Source of the DNA: Octopus vulgaris
Taxonomy: Eukaryota
NCBI GenBank assembly: GCA_951406725.2
Contig: OX597819.1
Coordinates: 25,068,001-25,130,000 of the forward strand
DNA: 62,000 nucleotides
Reading direction: 5' to 3'
The notes beneath the pieces were generated by a model that saw only the letters and a list, made by a program, of their open reading frames with translations, was not told where the DNA came from and did no database searches. Shown one piece after another: positions 37,748 through 51,508 of this stretch. A program made the position numbers and the translations under genes. How positions within the stretch are numbered: the first letter of the stretch is position 1; each line of letters starts with the position of its first letter.

Positions 37748-38929
37748 TTAATGCACACACATATACATACACACACATATGACAGGTTTCGTACTGTTTC
37801 CATGTACCAAAATTTGCTTACATGGCATTCATTGTCTTGTGGCTTCAGCAGGAGACATTTGCCTAAGGTCCTAAGGTGCTGCATGGTAGAACTGAACTCT
37901 GAACCACATATTTGAGAAGCAAACTTCTCAACCACACCACACAGTCGTGCCTGTGCCTTATAAATACATCCATATTTTTACATTCATTTCCCTGTCAATG
38001 AGTTGGACATTACAATATTCTTTGATAGGGATTTTGTTTCAACTAATTTATTCTTATTCATCTAGATTCATAAAAGCAATTCATGTGACATCCTACTCAA
38101 CAACAAACTCTGCTGATTATACATATTGGTCTGTTAAATCAACTAACTGGTAGTACCCTTTGTAGTTCTGTATATTCTACTAAATATTCTAAATATTTCT
38201 TTATCATTGGCTCATCTGTGAGCAGTAAGAGAATGATAGATACTATGCTCCTTGCTATTTGTCTCAACAACATTCACACAAAGAAAATCATGAACCATAA
38301 ACTCTTAAGGCATTCATTCACAGCTGTGTTTGTTAGTTAAGAATATTACATGCATCTGAGCTAATGAAGGTCATTAGACCTGCTTAAAATAACAGTCAAA
38401 TCTCCTTCAATTTCCAACCCCCTATTTTTAAAAGGGATACATTTTGATAATGCATTTTGTCTGGAAAAAAAAAACATGATGGTTATGCCTAGAATGCTTT
38501 TGATCATAGTTCTATTCAATCATGGCTATCTATCTTGGTACTAAACACCAAGTGCTTATACTGCATACAGAATCTAGAGGAAGTTACACACTATCACCAA
38601 CAAGTGAAACACAAACATCATAGAAACAAAGTAAAGATTAACTCTATGTATTACATTTCCTGTAAGCTTTGTTACTCTCAAAATGACAGACAGGTAGTCT
38701 TTTTGATCCTTTGATAAAACTGTCTTCACTAACTTTTCAAAATTAATCACACACACTATTCTTTAAACATGATAGTTCTGGAAGTTGCACATTTGCTGTC
38801 CACATTTCTTGCAACTTTACAACTTTATACCACAAAACATTTAACAAACTCTCTTCCTCTTACCACAATGTTTACACAATGTATGCCAAGTGACCCAACA
38901 AAGTAACTAGCCAAACATTGTATTTCAGA

Positions 38930-39430
38930 GCTATCTCTTATCCTTATTACACTTGTCAATATTTCTCTCTTTACTGGGAACTAACTCCAGAAACATACAC
39001 TGGTGTGTCTCCTTCCCAAGAAAGGAACTGAGAATCAGACACCCACGAAGGCAACTCATCTCACTATGACAATTACTTCCATATCAATTCAACCATCTCA
39101 AAGATTATGGAAACTTTTGTAAACAACCACTTCTTTCATCTCCTTCAATTTCTCCCCTTCAGAGCAGTTTCTGTAGAACCAGAGCCACAAAACACTTAGA
39201 CTTCACAAAACACAATAATGGTCTCTTTTGAGAATTTTTCCAAAAGAAATTTTGTTATTCTTAACATCAGCAGAGCCTTCAACTGTGACTGGCTTGATAA
39301 CCTAGTTATCGTAAGTTGCTTGCTTATGGGCTTTGCCCTGTCCTCATCTTTTGAATCTAAAGTTTTCCAGGAGATTGTTCCATTGTAGTGTGTACTGATA
39401 GGGCTTTCTCCAATATACATTTCCTCCACT
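38930..39430 (+). mobile_element. Degraded CR1/L2-group reverse transcriptase fragment
   Basis: Successive remnants QKHTLVCLLPKKG (cf. WK.A.V.P.PKKG), NYFHINSTISKIMETFVNN (cf. NYRPISL.S.LSKV.E) and ILNISRAFN...KLLAYG (cf. LD.SKAFD...KL..YG), with stops and frameshifts. Confidence 0.65.
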
Positions 39431-39915
39431 TTATTCTACTATAACTTTCAGTTATGTCTTTCACAGTCTTTTTTTTTTTTTGTACATTAATGATATAAAC
39501 CACACATATTCTTATACCGATGATACCACCCTCCACTCCTTAACATTCTACTGCTGGAGACCTTAAAAGCATCTTTGGGGACTTGTAAAACTTATAAACC
39601 TGATCTTTTTTTTAACAGTACTGTAACTATACACATTAAAGAAACAGTCTTGTACTATTCTCTTCTCAGACACTACACAACAATAGCTTTCAATGTTATT
39701 ACAAATGCCCTCTTATACTTTCCAAAGGAAACCTCACATAAATCATATTGTGAAGTCTGAATTTTAAAAAGTATGGATTTTTTTTTTCTTCTGAATTAAG
39801 AAATACTTATAGATAATTTACAAAAATATATGTAGATATATTGATAATGTCCAAGGGAAATCTTGTTAAAGTTAATAAGTGTAAGTATACACATAATAAG
39901 AAGAGCACAGAATTA

Positions 39916-40334
39916 TCTTCTCTATATATAAACGGCAGTTTGTCTGTTTGTGTGTCTGTCAGGTTGTACCCTCACCCTGACCATGGCTTTCAACCGATTC
40001 TGATGAAACTTGACACACACATAGTGTCATAATTCAAAACTAACGCAGCGAAAATTTTGAAAAGTTCCCCCAGTTCTGAAAAAAATCGATAAATTCGAGA
40101 TGGGGTCGAGAATCTAAGCTTTTTATATGCAACACATTTTCTGTTGTAGTTTTTGCAACTTGCATTCGGGAGACAGCTAGGAACATCGTATACACAGAAG
40201 TATTCGAGTGAAGAGAAGACATTGCAACCTACACATGCGCCTTCGTTTCCTAGAGGGAAAGAACTAGATTGGGATTAGTTGTTGCCTACTAGGGGCTCTT
40301 ACATACCCCGGGCAACGCCGGGCTATGCTGCTAG
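39916..40334 (+). mobile_element. Non-autonomous Helitron (family H2)
   Basis: 5' A|TCTTCTCTATATATAAA; 3' hairpin CCCGGGCAACGCCGGG then CTAG|T; interior unrelated to H1. Confidence 0.8.
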
Positions 40335-42821
40335 TATGTAATAAATAGAGATTAACTTTACTGAATGAAACAATATTTTGATAGCATCTCTATCTTCTTG
40401 AGGTTCAAAATGAAAAAATATGCAGGATTACATAGATTCAAAATTTGAACTAGAATATATTGTATATCTTTCTAGACAAAATGACATCATCAGTTTTTGC
40501 TTGTTCATAACTGGTAACAAGGAAACGAGAAAAAAAAAAAAGAAAGAGAAAGAAAAAAAAAACAGGAAAGAGAACACTTGGTGAAAAGTTTTGCATAAAT
40601 ATGCAGGAATTCTCCTGCCTCTTTGTTCATTCCTCCAGGGTGTGATGTCAGTAATATACAAATATATTTACCCTCATGTGTTCTGAGGACAGAAATTGCA
40701 GTGGAGCCAGAATTTTTTCTGAGAATGTGTAATTTCAGGTGATACTCAAATTTACAGCTGCTTCGTGTAAAATGTTTGGCACATTCTTCATGTTACTGTT
40801 ATTGAGCCTGACATCATCATACCTTGCCAACTGAATTTTTATTTAATTTTTCTATTGTGCAACCAGCATCAATTGAATCATGTTTGGTGCATTCTTACAG
40901 GTCCCACCTTCTGTATTAATCATAACATTTCTGTTATAATTTGTGCTAAAGTTGACTTGATTCATGTTGTTGCACAATTAACAGGACTTAGCTCCCTCGT
41001 GGCTGTTTTTAGGGATACAGCATTCAGAAACTTCAAGTTTTTATTGTAATTAGATGTACTGGTTAATAGTTCTCATATTTTTATCGAGTCTAAAGGCTAC
41101 AATATACAAATGAGAAAATATTTGTTTGCAATGAGGATATTTTTCTGCAATATGTTGGTAACTGTCATACAACACTAGCAAAATTTTGGCACCAGTTAAT
41201 CACTAAAGACATTAAGTCATAAATTTTACTTTGACTGTTAAAATTAGGATTTTGAAATTTTGATTTTCATTGGTAATTTTGGCCATGTAGTTGTGATTTT
41301 TAAAAATTGCAATTCACTATAACTGCATTTAAGATAACAGCACAAAAGTATTTACATATCTTCAATAATCCCCTGTGTCAATTACAAATCCATTTTATCT
41401 TAAAAAACTGAGACTTTTGATTTAGTGTAATTGTATGATACAGATGATCAGAGTAACACTGAAGATAACTGTAGGATGGTCTAGGTTTCCAGAATAACTC
41501 TGTCAGTATGTAACCTTCTGAAAACTTAACATTTGTGTCCAAAAATTCGACACTAATTTAAAAAAAAAAACTTGATGAGAATTTTATGTTGGATAAGCTG
41601 TCACAGAAATGCAAAACCTAAACTAAACTATCCTGCATTTCTTCCCAGGCATAAAAAGATGTCACCAGTGAACCATAACTAGAGTATCAGTTCATGGCAA
41701 TGTCGTGATTTGAATGTCTTCATTAACTGTGTCTCAGATTTTGTCATGAAGATGTTAGTGAAACTAACTGCCATGGCACATCCCTTTGGTGGTAAAATTT
41801 CAGGCAAACTTCATTATGTTACTTTGTAACACAAACTTCAGTAATTTACAAAGAAAATTTGATAGAATACTTTTGTTTTGACCATTTTTCAAAAGAATTC
41901 ATGTATGCTTCCACCCCCTCATAAATGTTGGAGTATAGAGAATAAACATCCATGGTTGCCAAAAAACAGTTTTCAGTACTATTTTGATGCTTAGGAAAAT
42001 TGTTAATTTATTTATCACATGGTACACACTCTTCTTATTGTAGTTTTACCTTCTTGAAGAGTTATATCAATGTTCATAAATTATCAAAGTTAAGTGTAAG
42101 TATATTGATATTAATAGTGGGTGTTGGTGGTGGTAGTGTAAATAAATAAAGGAACAGTGTTATGAATAATCAGTGGGTAAGGGTGAAGTTAAATAGACAT
42201 AGGTGTAGCAATATTAATGTTGAGAAAATAGTGTTAAAAATAAAGGTTTAGTGAATGGAGTTTGAAAGGTATAGATGGCATTTGAGAAAATGTTTTTTTT
42301 TTTTTTTTTGCTAAAATCATAATTGATGCTTTACTAAAACATTTGCTAAAATTATAATAGATTGTTGAAACTCATTATTTTCCCCACTGAAATTCACTTG
42401 ATATGACTGTCTGATGTTTTGCTCAACAGTTTTTGCTCTTCCTTTTCCTAAATATGCATCTCTCCATAACTTTCTCCATCTACATTTGGAACAGTTCAAA
42501 CTGAATGTTTCACATAATCTCATTCACTTAGTCCCATTTTCAAATTTTAAAAAGCTTTATAATATTCTGTGCACTATGGCATCTCCATTGACTTATTAAT
42601 GAAAACAACATTAATGTCAGCAACAAAAAGATCCTTTAGCTACTCAAAGATAGAATTAATGATATGAAGCAGAGAACTGAAAACAAAAGACCTAGTTGCA
42701 GTTACAGAAAATGAGTTGAGTATAACTCATTGGTAGGCACCAAGGACTTGAGAGTCAGAATGTCAGCCCTCTGGAATTGTCTCTCAGCTTATGTCACACA
42801 CACATTAATGGCATCATGCTA

Positions 42822-43209
42822 GTGGAGGCGCAATGGCCCAGTGGTTAGGGCAGCGGACTCGCAGTCATAGGATCGCGGTTTCGATCCCCAGACTGTGCGT
42901 TGTGAGTGTTTATTGAGCGAAAACACCTAAAGCTCCACGAGGCTCTGGCAGGGATGGTGGTGATCCCTGCTGTACTCTTTCACCACAACTTTCTCTCACT
43001 CTTACTTCCTGTTTCTGTTGTACCTGTATTTCAAAGGGCCGGGCTTGTCACTCTCTGTGTCACGCTGAATATCCCCGAGAACTACGTTAAAGGTACACGT
43101 GTCTGTGGAGTGTTCAGCCACTTACACATTAATTTCATGAGCAGGCTGTTCCGTTGATCGGATCAACCGGAAACCTCGTCGTCGTAACCGACGGAGTGCT
43201 TCCATCCAT
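42822..43209 (+). mobile_element. Family C SINE
   Basis: Aligns to 26737-27124 along its full length. Confidence 0.9.
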
Positions 43210-44926
43210 TAGACTTTAACACTAAAGTGAATGCTAGCTTACTTGACGTTATCAGACAAAAAATGTGCTTGTATACACTTTGCTATTAAGTTATCATGCA
43301 GTTGGCATCTCTGAGCATTTTTCTGTTGTCACTGGCATAATACTCTTATAGTGAAATTTCTTAGTAAAAACATTAAATATGCTAAATAGAAATAAATAAG
43401 AGGTGAAAAACATGAAAATATATTTGGTTAATGATTAATATTATTTATAATTTTAGGGTAAGTATGGGAGTTAACTCTGGGCAAGCTTTTGTTGTATTCT
43501 GATCTCTTCGGCAAAGCACATCTCACATTGTACTTGCTGAAGCAGGAATTAAAGTGCTGAATATATACATTGTAATGTTGCTGACAGTAACAGGTCATTA
43601 TGTTGATGATGATGATGTTGATGTTGATAGTTGCATTTAATACTGGGCGAATTATTTAAGGGATAGTACATGTGGATAGGATAAATTGTGATATGGATAA
43701 AATTAAAGATTTGGAGTGTATGCATTAATTGTTTATTTAAACTATGTTGGTGTGAAGGGGACACGCACACACACAAAAATGTGTGTGTGTGTGTGCATTT
43801 GTAGACTTGTATAGAGACACACCTGGGTAAATATTATATGCATCAGCTCATTAAACTGTTTTCCTTTTATGTCCGTGTGCTTAAGAACACTTTGATCTGA
43901 TTAAGTATGCTTTGATCTCTTTCTCTCCTCTCTTCCTCTCTTTTCCTTTTTGCAGTCCTTTCTCCTTTGAGTGTATGTGAATGTTTTCTAACCATTTTCC
44001 TATGGTAGCATGTTTGGTAGCTGTAAACCCTCTATTTAAATGTTAGAAAAGCAGAAAGTGGAAAAGAAGTAATATTAGTTTATTTTGTAAGGTTAGGAAG
44101 GGCATCCAGCCATAACTCTGCCAAAACAGATAGTGAAACCTGGTGCATTCTTCTGCCTGGCTAGCCCCTGTCAACTTATCTAACCCCTGCCAGCATGGAA
44201 AACGGATGTTAAATGATAGTGATAATATATAAAACAATCATTACTGCAAAATTTCCATGGAGAAATGGGCTTAAAATGGACAAATGATAGTTCTATAATT
44301 AAGAACGATCTGTCCAGATAGTGTCAGATCTGGCAAGGTTACTGTCCGTGCCAAAAATGAGGGAGCCAAAAGCAAAAGTTGACTGCCAGTGTTGAGTGTA
44401 CAATAACTCTTACGTTATCAACAACAACCACCTCTTATGAAAACGGAAGAGAATGTCAAAGAAGAACAAGTGTTGAATTCCTCCTGTTGTCAACTTTGTC
44501 CTTTTTTTATTTCTAAGGTTGATAAAAATAAATAAATGCCAGAAAAATGTTGTAATTGGATGATAGTGATACAATGCTGTGATTTTATTCATTGTTATTT
44601 TTTTTTTTTTTACACTAGATCTCCAGTTCGAGGACAACTGAACCGAGTGTATGGTTCTGAAGTGAGCTTTTGAGTTCGCAGCATTATAAACATAACCATA
44701 TTTTGTTTTACTGTAAAAGTATTTTCAAGTTCTTCCCAAAGATACTTAGTAGCTAACTGACTTCAGAACAACTATTTTGATTATTATGTCATTTTAGTTA
44801 TTTATTTGTTGTTGTTGTTTAATATTATTTACCTATGCTTCTTTATGATATAAACATCTTTATGATGTTTGCTTTTTCTCATCAAAAGTTTAAAAACAAT
44901 CTCATGCACTTTATTTGATATATCAA

Positions 44927-44975
<49 letters not shown>

Positions 44976-45124
44976 TGAGGTGGAGTGCACTTATTATAAG
45001 AAACAGATATTGGTTATCTTCACATCCATTTAATTATCAGTTCCTTTTGCAATAATAAATGTAGTTTATTGAATAAACCTTAAACAAAAAAACAAATGCT
45101 TTAGCACTGTGCTTGTGTGTGTGC

Positions 45125-45177
<53 letters not shown>

Positions 45178-45427
45178 GGACAGTCTGGAGGGAAATGGAG
45201 GCAGTCTGCATAAAATATTAAAAAGTTGGTGAGTTTGGATAAATTTGTGTCATAGGAAGAAGTGGAATTCTGGCATGTCTGGCTTGAACCCTTTGTCTGA
45301 ACTTTAATCTATATACATCAATCAAATATACACATGCATATAATATGTATGTTTATGTAAGTGTGTGTGTGTGTGTGTGTGTATGAATAAGATAGCTATA
45401 TAAATAGTCTGATGATATATATTATAT

Positions 45428-45458
<31 letters not shown>

Positions 45459-45671
45459 CATATGTTTGAAAAAGAGAAGCATGTGCACACATACACACAT
45501 TCTCTCTGTCTCTCTATTGGAACTGAAACAAGATTAGATATGCATCAATGTTGAATAATGTGTCTTGTTTCCTTTCTTCAATCCATGTATGTTGTACAAA
45601 CAATATACAAAGTGGCTAAATGTCTGGACATCAGCTGCTTTCTTGGGTCTTATATAGCATTTTTCTTATTT

Positions 45672-46093
45672 TACTCTTTACTCTTTTATTCTTTTACTTG
45701 TTTCAGTCATTTGACTGCAGCCATGCTGGAGCACTGCCTTTTAATCGAGCAACTCGACCCCGGGACTTATTCTTTTTGTAAGCCCAGTACTTATTCTATC
45801 GGTCTCTTTTTGCCGAACCGCTAAGTGACGGGGACGTAAACACACCAGCATTGGTTGTCAAGCAATGCTAGGGGAACAAACACAGACACACAAAGACACA
45901 CACACACGCATATATATATACATATATATGACAAGCTTCTTTCAGTTTCCGTCTACCAAATCCACTCACAAGGCATTGGTCAGCCCGGGGCTATAGCAGA
46001 AGACACTTGCCCAAGATGCCACGCGGTGGGACTGAACCCGGAATCATGTGGTTGGTTAGCAAGCTACTTGCCACACAGCCACTCCTGCGCCTA
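45672..46093 (-). mobile_element. Family A composite CORE-like SINE
   Basis: Full modular alignment with other family A copies. Confidence 0.9.
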
Positions 46094-46458
46094 TTTCTTT
46101 TCAATTTTACTATTGTTATGCAATCTAAGATATAACTAAGCCCAACTTTTTAAACTCGAGTGTCACACAGAAAATATCTAGAGATAGAGAAATAAGAAAA
46201 ATATGACATAGAAACGATGATGATATTGATGATGATGATAATGATGATGATGATAAATCAGTGATAATAAGGAGAAAGCAAAAAGTAAAAATAATAAGTT
46301 AATAAATAAAGGAATGCTGCAGTGATGCATGTGTTCATGCAAGCATGTGTTGTTATGTGACAGTGAGAGAAAAGAGATAGCGATAAAGACTGTAGCTTCC
46401 ATTAAAAGCTTAGTCCAGAGTATTGATGCTGATGTGAGACTCTGGCATTTTTGCTTAC

Positions 46459-46571
46459 AAAACTTTTCCAAATTCTCTATTGAAGGAATTCTTATATTCT
46501 TCTTTTTCTGTCGTTTGTTTCCGTTCCGTTCCGTACAAAGTTCTTGTAGTATTTTGCCATTGTTTAACCAT
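46459..46571 (-). CDS. Candidate coding exon (MVKQWQNTTRTLYGTERKQTTEKEEYKNSFNREFGKV), phase-2 donor
   Basis: Acceptor TTTCACAG| (exon start 46590), ATG at 46571, donor TT|GTAAGC after 46459; unique sequence; no family recognised. Confidence 0.3.
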
Positions 46572-46628
46572 ATTCTATATATCAATCAATCTGTGAAACT
46601 AGTATCTCTTTTGACACAGCAGAGTAGA

Positions 46629-46671
<43 letters not shown>

Positions 46672-47139
46672 CTTAACCTTCCCCCAACAATTACAGCAGC
46701 ATCTAACGTTCATTTGGTGCTTTCTGTTGCCCTGCTTTTGCACACGTATTGACTGCAATCTTTGTCATTTCTGACAGAATTCAATCCAGTCATGGATGGC
46801 AAGCAATACACTGTATAAGTGCTTACAGTGAACATTCTTGACAACCACTTTAGCCCCACTAGATTGCTGTGTGTGTGTGTGTGTGTGTGTTAGCCAGTGG
46901 ACTAACATTTTATCATAATGCTACTAACATGTTTCACAATGGCAGGAAGAGTCAAGAACAGGAAATAAAAGATAAAAGATTTTCTTTCAGTTTCTCATTT
47001 CCTTTCTTTTGCTTTCTCTTTCATTTTCCATCTCTAGATTTTACTCCTTCACTTGCCATTTCTTTCTCCGTTTCTATATTTTCCTTTCCTTTTTCAGTTC
47101 TTTGTTATCTCTCTCCCTCCTTCTTCTCTCTCTCATTCA

Positions 47140-47251
47140 CTTTCTGTTTGTCTCTGTCTCTCTGCTGTCTGTCTCTCTGCTGTCTGTCTCTGTCTCTCTG
47201 TTTGTTTCTCTGTCTGTTTGTCTCTCTCCCTCTCTCTCTCTCATTCACTCA

Positions 47252-47285
<34 letters not shown>

Positions 47286-47317
47286 CTCTCTCTCTCTCTC
47301 TCCCCCACACACACACA

Positions 47318-47410
<93 letters not shown>

Positions 47411-47485
47411 TTTCTCTCTCTCTCTCTCACACACACATTCTCTCTCTCTCTCTCTCACACACACTTTCTCTCTCTCTCACACACA

Positions 47486-47554
<69 letters not shown>

Positions 47555-47567
47555 ACACACACACACT
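47140..47567. repeat. Compound alternating (CT)n/(CA)n microsatellite array
   Basis: Directly visible; explains the S/L/H/T-rich ORFs at 46869-47601. Confidence 0.95.
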
Positions 47568-48269
47568 GTTGTTTAACCCCATTTCAGTCCTGATTGACTG
47601 AATTTATTATGAATGATGATTTATTATGAATGATGATTCTACAATGGTCATCTCATCTTTTTTAATATTTTTTCAGCTATAGATAATGATGACATTATCC
47701 TGTCTTATGCTTTTTATTTCCCTAAAATGAGAGGATAGGATTTAAAGGAAATTTAGCTATAATTCTAGCTGGCCAAATGGTTACTTAATGGGTTTCCTTC
47801 TCTGCCTCATTTAGGGAGCAAGATGTGTCTTCTACAGAAGGGAAGATTTTGGTGAACCAACTCTAGCATGTGGCTTTCCTACCAAGCTTTAACAGCTTCA
47901 TTTATACCACTTTAAACATTTGCAAAACATTTAAACATTTTGGAAAAAGAAAAAAAAAAAAAGGAAAAGAAATGCACAAAAAATATCTATGTCCCTATTT
48001 TCTATTTCTTACTACAGACATGTCTCTGTTAGATGCATTTATCAAGGCAGAGAAACTGAGTGCAAGAAAATGGTATACCATATTAGATATGCTGTGTATC
48101 TATACTGGTGTCTCTTGTGTTTCTGTAATCAAACCTCACTACTCTTAACTTCCCTATTCATCTCTCTGGGAGTTGATAACTATTAATAATTTACTGTGGT
48201 GAATTTAATCAACTGTGAACATCTCACAGCATTTTCTGGGAGACCAAAATTTTAAGAGTTGTGGCAACA

Positions 48270-48567
48270 TCTTTATATATAAAAGTGAAGTTGTGTGTCT
48301 GTCTCCTACGATTTAGATTCCTAACTACTCCCACATTTTGCGGTGCAGTTTAACCAAAACCGGGTATCTTATAGTCGTGATTCATATCGAGCCCTTCTGG
48401 GTATTAGCGCACGTCTACGATGAGTCAACAATTTAAAAAAAAATTTACCATAATTTTTTTTCCATTTTTAATGCATTTTTTTTGCTATGTTTTGGCTATA
48501 ACTCTCTAAAAATGCTTATATAGTTATTTCCCTTACAAACCCGAGCAACGCCAGGCGATACTGCTAG
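48270..48567 (+). mobile_element. Non-autonomous Helitron H1, internally deleted
   Basis: A|TC...CCCGAGCAACGCCAGG...CTAG|T; lacks about 110 bp between the two CTCTAAAAAT repeats present in the other copies. Confidence 0.85.
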
Positions 48568-49802
48568 TATTATATAAAGGTGACTGCGTATTTTACAGTA
48601 CCCAAAACTTGGTGCTGTGTAAATCTCCACTTTATGTGTATATCTTCGCTACATGGTTTATGTTGTCTTTCATCCTTTAAAAATAAATAACAATAAATGC
48701 AAGCTGCAGGCAAAGTAATTGAAATAGTTAGTAAGCAAGACATGAATGAGTCAAAAACATCGTTTCCATGGTAGTAGATTTAATGCATTGCCCACTTTAT
48801 GACTAACACCTGGCACCCTGGGAGCTTTCAGCAGATTCTGCTCTCTTGCACAAATTTAGACCAGGTTTCTAGTTTCAGAATTGAGAATACCGCCCACCCT
48901 CCTTCATACTTGTGAAGGGTCATTGCTACTATGTACCTTCTCGAGTCCTAAGTATTCATTTATTTATGTATTTGTATGTACATAAGAGTTGTTGTTATTT
49001 AGCCCTAGGACAACCATGCTCAAGCCAACATATGAGAAAAGTAAGGTTGTGACACAGTCTCATCTTACTTACCCCCTAAATGATTTTTACATTTATTTGT
49101 TTATGTTAAAGTTCTGTTGTTTACAAAAGACTAAAGTCTATAGCTTGTTTGGGCCCCATATATTTATGGTTTCTTATACAGTATGTGACATAAGATCACA
49201 CTGGAATTTTAGTAACTGGATTTAGAGGTATGTTTTTGTTTTATATATTTATTTTTCAATTAACCTGTTTTTAAAATTCCATAGATTTGTTGATAAAATA
49301 TTTATATACATGGATAAGCATGAACATGCAGACACACATGTAGACACATACATATAGATAGACTCATCTGTGTAAGCACATAAGTGTCATACAAATAGCA
49401 TCCAGATACCAAAAGTAGAGTAAAGTACAGAATTGTATTGAAGGTAAAAATTTTCTCAAACTGTTATCTTGATGAACAGTTACATGAAACTCAGAGTAAC
49501 AGTTTGTGAAATATTTTTGCTTGTGGTGTTTTATGTCAGTTCTAAGTAATACAAATAACTCAAACAATCCAGTGAATCTTATATCATGAGGTATAAGAGA
49601 AGTGTAACGTTTTGGATAGAATCTTTCTGTCAGACAGGAGAGAAATGTCAACAGGAATTAGTGAGAGAGAGAGAGAAAAAGGAGTAGTAACAATTGTTAG
49701 TAAAGAAGGGGGAAATGGTTTCAGTTGAATTACAGTATAAAGCTACATAAGTGACTTAAGGACTGTTAGTTTCATGCATAGCAATTATCAAAAAATTAAT
49801 AG

Positions 49803-50185
49803 CATCATCATCATCATTGTTCGACCGTGGTCGAGACAATGGAATTTACCATGCTACGCCAGACTTCACGGTCCATCATGGCATTACGGAGGTCCTGTTG
49901 CTGGATGCCTGTATCCCTGGAGATTACATCAGGGTAGGAAAGTGTGCGCCCTCTGGTATTGCGAGTAGATGGCTTCCAGAGGAGAAGAGTAGAAATTACC
50001 TCTTTTTCAGCTCTACAACAATGTCCAGCAAACTGGACTCTCTTACCTTTCACAAGAGATGACACAAGTGGTAGTTTCCAATATATTTGCATTTTGGTTG
50101 GATGGCGCTTCCACAAGAGATTTTGAGCTCTCATAAGGAGGCGAGTGTAGGTTCCATCCAACCGCCTCTCAAGCTTCTTTACTTC
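49803..50185 (-). mobile_element. RTE-clade LINE 3' end, open reading frame to the stop, (TGA)n tail
   Basis: KLERRLDGTYTRLLMRAQNLLWKRHPT...RVQFAGHCCRAEKEVISTLLLWKP...RGRTLSYPDVISRDTG...AMMDREVWR is a typical RTE post-RT C-terminus; the stop runs straight into TGA repeats. Confidence 0.9.
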
Positions 50186-50430
50186 TGTTACTTCACACAC
50201 AGGCATGCACACACACACACACACATGCACACCCGCATGCATGCACACATGCATACACAGTGCAAGTATGGCTGTGTGGTTATGAAATTTGCTTCACCAC
50301 AACGTATTTCAGGTTCAATCTCATTGCCTGATGCATTAGGCAAAGCATTTTGCATACCTTGTACTACAGTTTGGGGCTGACCAATTTCTTATGAGTAAAA
50401 TTGACAGATGGAAACTGAGAAGCCTGTTAC

Positions 50431-50470
<40 letters not shown>

Positions 50471-50710
50471 CTGTAGTGTAAAATATGGATCCAGAGTCAT
50501 GTGGCTATGACAGTACACTCCTCACCCAGATTCAGCCATCAATCTATGTTGTAACCAATGTGATATTTTCCATGCTGAAATTGATTATTCATAAAGAAGG
50601 TTACAAAACAGCTGTAATCATATAGAAGTCTATGGATAAAGAAATCTATCTTCACTTCTCACACCTCCTGACATTATATATATCATATATATATATATAT
50701 ATATTCTATA

Positions 50711-50917
50711 CCAGTGATATGTAAAAGCACCCATGCCAGTGATACATAAAAGGCACCTACTACACTCTGAGTGGCTGGCATTAGGAAGGGCATCCAGCTG
50801 TAGAAACCAATTCAAATTCAGACTGGGATCTCTTGCAGCTCTCCAGTTTACCAGTTCCAGTCAAACCATCTAACCCATGCCAGCATGGAATGTGGACATT
50901 AAATGATGATGATAATG
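50711..50917 (+). mobile_element. Family D SINE-like copy (degraded)
   Basis: GAGTGGCTGGCATTAGGAAGGGCATCCAGCTGTAGAAACC...CCCATGCCAGCATGG...TAAATGATGAT. Confidence 0.7.
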
Positions 50918-51123
50918 ATTGTGTGTGTGTGTGTGTGTATGTGTGTGTGCATGTGAGAAAAACATTTCACTTAATCAGAGTGTTAACTTAGTGCTGAAAT
51001 CTGATGAAGATGGGTAAGCGAGACAACTCTAAAGTCTCTAGCAAGATAAAATATTGAAGTGAGAAAAAAGTGAGAAAAACATAGTATGTATGTATAGATG
51101 TATGTGTGAATGTATATACCTGT

Positions 51124-51508
51124 GTGGAGACACAATGGCCCAGTGGTAGGGCAGCGGACTCGCGGTCGTAGGATCGCGGTTTCGATTCCCAGACCGGGCG
51201 TTGTGAGTGTTTATTGAGCGAAAACACCTAAAGCTCCACGAGGCTCTGGAAGGGATGGTGGTGATCCCTGCTGTACTCTTTCACCACAACTTTCTCTCAC
51301 TCTTACTTCCTGTTTCTGTTGTACCTATATTTCAAAGGGCCAGCCTTGTCACTCTCTGTGTCATGCTGAATATCCCCGAGAACTACGTTAAGGGTGCACG
51401 TGTCTGTGGAGTGCTCAGCCACTTACACGTTAATTTCATGAGCAGGCTGTTCCATTGATCGGATCAACTGGAACCCTCGTCGTCATAACCGACGGAGTGC
51501 TTCCATCC
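51124..51508 (+). mobile_element. Family C SINE with 10-bp TSD
   Basis: TSD ATATACCTGT at 51114-51123 and 51509-51518. Confidence 0.9.

Noticed and set aside
46869-47601. ORFs of 182-235 aa
   Set aside because: Compound CT/CA microsatellite translations.
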